Below, in pieces: positions 1 to 7,485 of a DNA stretch of 20,000 nucleotides. Source of the stretch: an uncultured virus (IMG/VR IMGVR_UViG_3300023109_000008) (Duplodnaviria > Heunggongvirae > Uroviricota > Caudoviricetes); IMG/VR virus record IMGVR_UViG_3300023109_000008, one strand, 5' to 3'. The position numbers and the translations under genes were made by a program. Under the pieces are notes generated by a model that saw only the letters and a list, made by a program, of their open reading frames with translations, had not been told where the DNA came from and searched no databases. Each line of letters begins with the position of its first letter. Positions within the stretch are counted from its first letter, which is position 1.

Positions 1-3000
1 AAACCATTCGTTGTCACTGCAGCGGATGCGACATCTATCACATTCCAAAGTGGTGATGCAAATGGTTATACTGGTGTTCACACATTCGTATCTGCACAGG
101 TAGATTCAGTACATCACTTGGTACATGATAACTTTGCAATCGGAACTGCGGGGAACGCATTCGACGAAATCATTCATATCATGAAAGGTTCTGGTCGTTC
201 TTATACTCCAACGAATGCTACATATGATCCTTTGACAGGTGTAATGGTTGTCACTATCGGTACTCACAGTCTGACAACTGATGATCAAGTTATGTTTGCG
301 CCTGAGTCTATTAGTTTCTATTGTGATGCCAATAACGTTGTCATCTCACATCCAAGACGTAGTGACACAGACAATTACAAGAAACCACTTGACATTACTG
401 CAGTTGGTCTTACTACAATCACAGTTAATGCTGGTGATGCAGGTGGATACACTGGTGTCCATACATTCTATAAGGCAGATCCAAACTCAGTTTCTGTATA
501 CAACGAAACACGTAAAAAGACTTATACTCCAACCACTGCAACTTATGATACTGCAACTGGTGACATGGTCGTTACAGTCGGTGTCCATAACCTACAAGTA
601 GGTCAGTACATTGCACTGGAACAAGAAAGTATCGTCTTCACATGTGCATTAGATGGTAATCAGACTGAACATGCATATCCTCGTCTGAATGATCCTTGGA
701 ACAAGAAACCAATTAAGATCAAGGCTGCAACTGAAACCACATTCACTATTAACGTGGGTGGTTATGCAAATGGTACTGCACACACATTCGTACGTGCAAC
801 AGAAGGTGCGGTACGTGATGACGTAGTAACATTCTCAGATCCAGCGATGATCGAAGAATTCAAGACTCCAACTGGTGTTGCATACACCGTAGGAACTGGT
901 GTATTTACTCTGACTATTCCAAATCATGGTTTGAGTGCAGGGGATCGTGTAGAACTGATGCCAGGATCGTTCACATTCACATGTGGTTCTGACAACAACC
1001 TATCAGAGATCTCTCATCCACGTCCATCAGATCCACCATACAGAAAACCGTTGACAATTACTGCAACGCCTGATATTAATACAATCCAAGTAAATGTGGG
1101 TGTTGGTACTGGTGGTGCACATACATTCGTACGTGTCGCAGATAATGCGGTTGCGGTACTTCGTGCAAACGTAGATGAAGTAAACGCATTCGAAACACTT
1201 CAAGCGAACCGTGACTTCCTTGCAAATGAAGTTGTCGGATATCTTGCAAACACTTACTTCACTTATGATAGTGCGAAGTGTGAAAGAGATACAGGGTTCC
1301 TTATCGATGCAGTAAAACGTGACGTTCTTACTGGTTCTAACTACAACGCTGTTTACATGGGTAAAGGTTATCGTATCGGTACTCAAGGTGCAGACACAGT
1401 TGTTAATGATCAGTTAACTGAAACAGTTGGTGCATTCACATGGTTGAAACAACAGGTATCTGCGAAAATATCAGGTACTGCACAGACACGTTCTGAAGCT
1501 GCATTTGATGAAGTTATCGATATCGTAACAAACGGTACAAGTGCCGCAGATGTAATCAACTTCGGTGACTCATATGTGTCTAACGATGCATTGAACACTC
1601 GTGGTATCATTCAATCTAACAAAGCATTCCTACAGGCAGAAATCACTGCATGGTTGGCAGTTGAATATCCATCGTTCACATACGATGTTGCAAAATGCGA
1701 AAGAGATGTCGGAGTTCTAGTTGACGCTGCATCTTATGATATCCAACATGGTTCAAACGTTGCATCTATCAACGTTGCAAGACTTTATTTTGAAAACGCA
1801 GTTTCTGTTCTTCCAGTAGAACAAAGACATATTACTGCAGAAGCGTTCCAGCATATTGCAAACGTTGCCAAGAAACTTGCACGTAACGAAACTGTTACTC
1901 CTACAACTGGTAATGCTGTTACTCCTACATCTTGGACTAATGTACAATACACACCAACTGATGTGACATACAATCCAATTTCTGGTATCATGGTGATCGA
2001 TCTTGGTGAAGCGCACAACTTTGTACAAGATGATTACATGATCTTTGATCCATCGTCAATCACATTGTCTTGTGGTTCACCAGTTCAAGAGATTATACAT
2101 CCTCGTCCAACTGATCCAGTATACGAAAAACCAGTTCGTGTTCTTGCGACTACTGCAAATACTATCACACTAGATGTGGGTGATGCAGGTGGTTATGAAG
2201 AAGAGCATGGGTTTGTATCTGCAACAACTGGTGCAATCAAGAAATACTTCTCTGACTTTATGGGTCAACGAGTAGAAGATCTTGTCAATATTGTTTCTGA
2301 CTCTATTGAAGAAGATACACTACTACGTCTCCCTGCAGAGATTGAACCAAACGATATTGGAACTGCATTCTATCAGACTGCTGCAAAAGGTACAATTGTC
2401 GGTGGTGGTTCTACTGCACTTGAAGCAGTTGTTAAAGGTGGTTCTGGTGGTATCGATGGTGCACAAGGTGGTCTCATCTCTTACAACGTTGGTGGCCCAC
2501 AACAGGCATACAGAACTTCGAAGTTCTCACCATTCGAGTTTGGGCCAGGCAACACTGGATATGCAGAAGAGTTCCAAACTGCAACTAAACTTATCAATGG
2601 TCTAACAGAGAAACTACAGACAGAAGTAACTGAGTATATTAACGCAACATATAACGGTGTTGGTTTCCAACAGGCTAAATGTACCCGTGACACTGGTTAC
2701 TTGGTCGATGCGGTTTCTGAAGATGTACTCTACGGTGGTAACGCTGCAACAGTCAAGGCTGCAGAAGCGTACTTCATTAACTCTATCAACTTGTTACCAG
2801 AATATCAATACGATGCAACACAGGCGGCATTTACCCACCTCGCAGATCGTGCAGAAAAAGTTGTTTTGGAAACAGTTATTGAACCACACTTTGAAGGTGC
2901 ATACACTCCAACTGGTGTTGCTTACGATCCAGTAGAAGGATCTATGGTACTGACTCTTGGTTCGCATGATATCCTAGAAGGTGATTACATCTGGTTCGAA

Positions 3001-4971
3001 ACTAATGGTATCACATTCGAATGTGTAAACGCTGCTTCTGCATCTACTGTTCAGATTTCACATCCACGTGCAGTCGCAGGGGATGGTTATCCAGACCCAG
3101 CATACTTGACTCCATGGCCTGTTAAATCAGTTGATGCAACTACTGTTACTTTGACTGGATTCAACGCAGGTGGTTACGCTGGTGCACATACATTCGTAAG
3201 TGCAACTGCAAACGCAATCAAACATGTACAGTATCAAACTGTTGCACAGAACTTCTCTGGTACTGCAACATCTACACAGGTTGCGCAGAGAGTTCAGGAT
3301 CTAATGTTGGTAATTGCAAATATTGTGGATGATCGTACAAACGAAAACATCCCTGCAGTCGCAGATGCTCCAACATACACTCCACTTAGAACATTTGCAC
3401 GTGATCAAATTCAGTCAAACCGTAAGTTCTTGATTGAAGAAACTGTTGCCTTCTTGAATGATTCATACTATACTTACGATGGTGATAAGTGTTTCAGAGA
3501 CACAGGTTTCCTAATCGATGCGGTCAAGTGGACTTCACCGAATACACCATTTACTGGTCAGGAGTATCCACTCGTTCAGGCTGCAACTTCTTACTTGACA
3601 GGAACTGCAGGTGCAACTCGTACTCGTGAAACTCAGATCAGTGAGTTGGTAGGTGGTCTAAGATTTGTTAAAGACAAACTGAGAGGCATCATCCGCAAAG
3701 AAGAGAAAGTACTATCTAAGTACGATGATACGTATCTTCTTGAAGAACAACTTGATCAAGGGTTCGAATCAATCATTGATATGATGACAAATCCAAATGC
3801 AAACACCACACCAATCTGGTCTGCAGATGGATATACAAACGGTATTCGTGCAAGAGAAAACCTGCAAGCAAACAAAGCATTCTTACAGGCAGAAACAACT
3901 GCATATATCGCAATCGTTCATCCATCTCTAACATATGATGTTGCGAAGTGTGAAAGAGATATCTCTCACATCCTTGATGCAGTATCTTGGGATATGCAAT
4001 ACGGTGCTGAAGAAAATGGCACAAACGTGATGACAGTAAACAACGCTAGACTGTATTTCGAAAATGCAGTAAGTGTTCTACCTGCTAATCAACGTGGCCC
4101 AACTGCAGATGTATTCCAACATATCGCAACAATGGCAGACAACATTGTAAGACTTATCGGTGTATCTAAAACTGCAGGTAACGCACTTGATCCAGTAACT
4201 ACTGGTCTGACTGCAACATCCACTGCACATGGTACTAAGGTTGAAGAACTTATCGAAATCATTGCCAATGCAGTTCTTGCAGATGACGGTATCGATGGTC
4301 TACCTGCAATGGTTGACAACAGTGTCTTCCTCAAGTCAACATATCCTGCTGGTGGTGTCATGTATGACATTATCGAAAGAGAAAAAGGAACAATGCAGTC
4401 TGCAATCAACACTTATATTGCAGATAACTACAATGGTCTTGCATACAGTGAGTCTAAGTGTCGTCGTGATTTGGGTTATATCATCGATGGTATCTCGCAC
4501 GATCTTCAGTACGATGGTAACTGGGCAACTCACAAGAATGCAGAAATCTATTTTGAAAATGCAATCAATACACTTCCTAAAGATCAACGTGATCCTACTC
4601 GTCGTGCATTCATGCATCTTGGTAAAACAATGGAGACAGTCTTACAACGTCTTCCAGTTGAACCAACTATATCTAACAGATTTGGTGCACGTTTCACCCC
4701 AACCACTGCCACATACGATCCATTAACTGGTATCTTTACTGCAGAAGTTGGCCCACACGCACTAAAAGTTGGTGATGCAATCTGGATGGCAGATGAAAGT
4801 ATCGTAATGTCATGCGACATGGGTAGTGGTGCAGTAAACCACTCCTCACCCGCTGCACATCATCCTTACTTCAGAAAACCATGTCCGATTACTGGTGTAA
4901 CACGTACATCGATCACAATGAATGTTGGTACTGGTGGTACTGGTAATTATCCTCACACATTTGTGAGTGCT
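1..4971 (+). repeat. About 92-100 aa beta-rich repeat YTPT.atYdp.tG.mv.t.g.H.l..gd......si.F.C......HPR..DP...kp..i.a....titvnvG...gy.g.HTFv.a (6 full copies plus 1 partial)
   Basis: Copies at <1-96 (partial), 202-477, 523-798, 859-1140, 1948-2223, 2902-3204 and 4693-4971, read directly from the translation. Confidence 0.9.
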
Positions 4972-7017
4972 GAAGTTGACGCTCTTGTTCAAGTAATTGG
5001 TAACCATATACCACAAGACTTCCGTCATCTACCTGCAGTATATCCAGAACGTACTGATCTTAAGGGTGAAGCAATGAAACTTGCAAACATGATTGCAGAT
5101 GCTGCACTTGCAGAGGATCCATCAGGAATTCCTGCCCGTGTATCACCAGACACTTCATGGGTTCCAAGTAACATCATTGCATCTAAGAACTTGATTTCAG
5201 ATATCTCTGATGAACTCGCAACGAAGGTTGTGGACTATGTATCTCGTGAGTGGGGTGGACTATCATTCCCACGTGGTAAGTGTCGTCGTGATATGGGCTT
5301 CTTGGTTGATGCTGCATCACATGATGTTCAGTACGAAACAAACTATGCATCTCGTATCTCTGCACAGATCTACTTCGAAAACGGTATATCTGTACTACCA
5401 GAAGATACTCGCAGACAAACTGCAGATGTATATCGTACAATGAAACTTCTGATGTCTGACATCGTTCAAGAGATCGATACAACAAACACATCTATCACTA
5501 CGACTGCACAAGACATCTCTGGTGATCCAGCGACTCCAACTGAGGGTACAGAAGTTGTTAACTTGATTGGTATCGTAGAAGATGTGATTCGTGAAGATAG
5601 TGTCGCTGCAATTCCTGCCCTACAGGAAGCGAATACTGCATGGGTATCAAGTGACTTGGTTGGTGCGAACAAACTTATCGAAGACAATAAAGTAGAACTC
5701 GCAGACAAGTTAATCGAATTCATCAACACTGAGTTCAATGTACTTGACTATAACAAGTCTAAGTGTCGTCGTGATGTAGGATACCTACTAGATGCATTCT
5801 CATATGACTTGAACTACGGTGGTAACAGTGCATCTCGTTGGAACGCAGACTTCTACTTCTGGAACTCAGTATATCGTATCCCAGAAGATCAACGTGAAGC
5901 GACTGCGAAGTCCTATCGTGAACTAGGTAGAATTTGTAAGAAGATCGTTACAGGTGATTACAAAGGTCAGTCACTCAAGTATGATACTGCAACTGAAGTA
6001 GAGGCCAATAAAGTTGAAGGTCTCGCCAATATGTTCTATCTAACTCAGATAAATAAAGATACAAAAGAACTACAAACACTTATTGAACCAAATTATGATT
6101 GGGTTGAAAAACCATTTAGAGATGCAAAAGAAGTAATTCTGAAGAAACGTGGGCCTCTGCAGTATGATGTTGTAAGATTTGTTAACGCAACTTATAACTT
6201 TGTTGATATTAACTTGACAAGACGTGATGCAGGTAACTTGTTGCAGACTATCGTCAACGACATCAAGTTTACTAACCCGAATACAGGACAACAAGGTTCG
6301 ACTAAAGCGACAAGAACTTTCTCACAATCGTTCTTCGATCAAAAAGGTCAACAGGTATTCCCAGTATTCAATGCAACAACGCCTGGGTTGAGATTCATGG
6401 GTACAGTGGCGGATATCTCTGCACGTAATGCGTTGCAGTCAGATCCAAACCTTACTCTGAAACCAAATATGGCGTGGATCGTTTCTGATGATGCAAATAT
6501 AAACTTCTACCAAGGAACTATATACTATTGGAACGGTGGAGCATGGGTTGATGACGGTCAAAATAATACTGATCTTCTATATGCGTTCTATAAAACATGG
6601 GATCGTATGAGAGACTTTATTATTGCGAACTATTCACCAGATGGAGCACACAGTGCATTTATCACTGCTCTGTTTGATGATTGTTTGAAAGGTAACGTCC
6701 TAAGACCAGACGTGTTAACATTCGGTTCACTTGTTGAATCAATTGCTCACCAGTTTAACGGTGGTGCTGCAGGTGTTAACAGAACTGCGTTGCCACTGAA
6801 CTTTAGAAACCTTGGGCCTGCAACGTCTGCGATTTCTTCGGTTCTCTCTGAAGATGGTGGTCGTGTAAGATGGTCTGGTGCAGACGAATTGAACAACCAG
6901 TACTTCGCAAGAGGTTTGAGAATTAACGGTAGAACAGGTCGAATCGAAGGAAGACCATTTACCTCATCTGTTCGTAAACTCGCAAGACGTGCATCGAACA
7001 GTAGAGCTGTAGTATAA
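1..7017 (+). CDS. Giant mosaic virion structural protein (5'-partial, >2338 aa) with phycobiliprotein-like KCxRD helical repeats and His/Cys beta-repeats
   Basis: Frame 1 is open from base 1 (KPFVVTAADATSITFQSGDANGYTGVHTFVSA...), so the TTG at 118 is not the true start; stop TAA at 7015-7017. It has two internal repeat families. The C-terminal segment (SLVESIAHQF...GGRVRWSGADELNNQYF...INGRTGRIEGRPF) is of the type I recall from large structural proteins of marine T4-like phages. Confidence 0.85.
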   Translation, partial: KPFVVTAADATSITFQSGDANGYTGVHTFVSAQVDSVHHLVHDNFAIGTAGNAFDEIIHIMKGSGRSYTPTNATYDPLTGVMVVTIGTHSLTTDDQVMFAPESISFYCDANNVVISHPRRSDTDNYKKPLDITAVGLTTITVNAGDAGGYTGVHTFYKADPNSVSVYNETRKKTYTPTTATYDTATGDMVVTVGVHNLQVGQYIALEQESIVFTCALDGNQTEHAYPRLNDPWNKKPIKIKAATETTFTINVGGYANGTAHTFVRATEGAVRDDVVTFSDPAMIEEFKTPTGVAYTVGTGVFTLTIPNHGLSAGDRVELMPGSFTFTCGSDNNLSEISHPRPSDPPYRKPLTITATPDINTIQVNVGVGTGGAHTFVRVADNAVAVLRANVDEVNAFETLQANRDFLANEVVGYLANTYFTYDSAKCERDTGFLIDAVKRDVLTGSNYNAVYMGKGYRIGTQGADTVVNDQLTETVGAFTWLKQQVSAKISGTAQTRSEAAFDEVIDIVTNGTSAADVINFGDSYVSNDALNTRGIIQSNKAFLQAEITAWLAVEYPSFTYDVAKCERDVGVLVDAASYDIQHGSNVASINVARLYFENAVSVLPVEQRHITAEAFQHIANVAKKLARNETVTPTTGNAVTPTSWTNVQYTPTDVTYNPISGIMVIDLGEAHNFVQDDYMIFDPSSITLSCGSPVQEIIHPRPTDPVYEKPVRVLATTANTITLDVGDAGGYEEEHGFVSATTGAIKKYFSDFMGQRVEDLVNIVSDSIEEDTLLRLPAEIEPNDIGTAFYQTAAKGTIVGGGSTALEAVVKGGSGGIDGAQGGLISYNVGGPQQAYRTSKFSPFEFGPGNTGYAEEFQTATKLINGLTEKLQTEVTEYINATYNGVGFQQAKCTRDTGYLVDAVSEDVLYGGNAATVKAAEAYFINSINLLPEYQYDATQAAFTHLADRAEKVVLETVIEPHFEGAYTPTGVAYDPVEGSMVLTLGSHDILEGDYIWFETNGITFECVNAASASTVQISHPRAVAGDGYPDPAYLTPWPVKSVDATTVTLTGFNAGGYAGAHTFVSATANAIKHVQYQTVAQNFSGTATSTQVAQRVQDLMLVIANIVDDRTNENIPAVADAPTYTPLRTFARDQIQSNRKFLIEETVAFLNDSYYTYDGDKCFRDTGFLIDAVKWTSPNTPFTGQEYPLVQAATSYLTGTAGATRTRETQISELVGGLRFVKDKLRGIIRKEEKVLSKYDDTYLLEEQLDQGFESIIDMMTNPNANTTPIWSADGYTNGIRARENLQANKAFLQAETTAYIAIVHPSLTYDVAKCERDISHILDAVSWDMQYGAEENGTNVMTVNNARLYFENAVSVLPANQRGPTADVFQHIATMADNIVRLIGVSKTAGNALDPVTTGLTATSTAHGTKVEELIEIIANAVLADDGIDGLPAMVDNSVFLKSTYPAGGVMYDIIEREKGTMQSAINTYIADNYNGLAYSESKCRRDLGYIIDGISHDLQYDGNWATHKNAEIYFENAINTLPKDQRDPTRRAFMHLGKTMETVLQRLPVEPTISNRFGARFTPTTATYDPLTGIFTAEVGPHALKVGDAIWMADESIVMSCDMGSGAVNHSSPAAHHPYFRKPCPITGVTRTSITMNVGTGGTGNYPHTFVSAEVDALVQVIGNHIPQDFRHLPAVYPERTDLKGEAMKLANMIADAALAEDPSGIPARVSPDTSWVPSNIIASKNLISDISDELATKVVDYVSREWGGLSFPRGKCRRDMGFLVDAASHDVQYETNYASRISAQIYFENGISVLPEDTRRQTADVYRTMKLLMSDIVQEIDTTNTSITTTAQDISGDPATPTEGTEVVNLIGIVEDVIREDSVAAIPALQEANTAWVSSDLVGANKLIEDNKVELADKLIEFINTEFNVLDYNKSKCRRDVGYLLDAFSYDLNYGGNSASRWNADFYFWNSVYRIPEDQREATAKSYRELGRICKKIVTGDYKGQSLKYDTATEVEANKVEGLANMFYLTQINKDTKELQTLIEPNYDWVEKPFRDAKEVILKKRGPLQYDVVRFVNATYNFVDINLTRRDAGNLLQTIVNDIKFTNPNTGQQGSTKATRTFSQSFFDQKGQQVFPVFNATTPGLRFMGTVADISARNALQSDPNLTLKPNMAWIVSDDANINFYQGTIYYWNGGAWVDDGQNNTDLLYAFYKTWDRMRDFIIANYSPDGAHSAFITALFDDCLKGNVLRPDVLTFGSLVESIAHQFNGGAAGVNRTALPLNFRNLGPATSAISSVLSEDGGRVRWSGADELNNQYFARGLRINGRTGRIEGRPFTSSVRKLARRASNSRAVV
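1168..6702 (+). repeat. Nine helical protein repeats, consensus A..l.aNk.Fl..Ev..yi...y....Yd.aKC.RD.GyliDAvs.D..yggN.......a..YF.n....LP..Qr..ta.af.hl
   Basis: Cys codons of KCxRD lie at 1279, 1696, 2680, 3490, 3949, 4459, 5281 and 5764. A degenerate ninth copy (LTRRDAG) has Thr at 6217. The tail of a further upstream copy (NAFDEIIHIM) is at about 150-185. Confidence 0.9.
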
Positions 7018-7022
7018 AAGGA
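7018..7022 (+). promoter_or_regulatory. Shine-Dalgarno-like AAGGA for the 7030 gene
   Basis: AAGGA lies 7 nt before ATG 7030 and directly after the stop of the preceding gene. Confidence 0.6.
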
Positions 7023-7029
7023 AAGAAAC

Positions 7030-7485
7030 ATGGCATACTCACAATATGTAGACGCAAACACTGGGATATCTGTGATCGTTACATCACAGGCACCAGATGC
7101 TTTGCCAATTGGATTTAACGCTGTATTAACTACAGAGTTTGATGAAGTTATTACTGTACCACAGTTCAGAGTTCCCGAACTTGTTTTCGGTGGTAGTGAA
7201 ACAATTGAGCCTGGCATCGGGGAAGTTATTTCCCCACTCATTTTATGCAACACCACAAACGCTACTGCGACAGTTGATGTTGAAATTTATAGATACAGTG
7301 ATTCGATAACTTATGATTTAATTAAAAATTTACCTGTACCTGCTTATGACACAATCCCAATTCCAATTAACGGACAGTTCTTCGCTTCTGGTGATATCAT
7401 GCAAGCACGTTGTAGTGCAAACCTTGCAATTACTGCAACGTTGTCATATACGGTAGGCCAGGCGGAGGAATACGATGTCGACTAG
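7030..7485 (+). CDS. Small beta-rich hypothetical virion protein (151 aa)
   Basis: ATG with RBS, same codon style as its neighbours, acidic and beta-strand-like sequence. It sits directly after the giant gene and overlaps the next gene by 11 nt. Confidence 0.8.
   Translation: MAYSQYVDANTGISVIVTSQAPDALPIGFNAVLTTEFDEVITVPQFRVPELVFGGSETIEPGIGEVISPLILCNTTNATATVDVEIYRYSDSITYDLIKNLPVPAYDTIPIPINGQFFASGDIMQARCSANLAITATLSYTVGQAEEYDVD
7464..7468 (+). promoter_or_regulatory. Shine-Dalgarno GGAGG for the collagen-like gene
   Basis: GGAGG is 6 nt before ATG 7475, embedded in the 3' end of the upstream CDS, so translational coupling is likely. Confidence 0.75.

Noticed and set aside
118..120. TTG start assigned by the ORF track for the 2299-aa ORF
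   Set aside because: The frame is open back to base 1 and encodes the end of a beta-repeat, so the real start lies upstream of the window.
1..7017. Assigning cpcA/cpeA/apcE symbols, or calling the host a cyanobacterium
   Set aside because: The similarity is motif-level within a multi-repeat phage protein. No linker domains or photosynthesis genes are in the window, so neither orthology nor host can be established.
7012..7019. TATAAAAG as a second late promoter
   Set aside because: It mismatches TATAAATA at two positions, overlaps the stop codon and RBS, and is too close to the next ATG.
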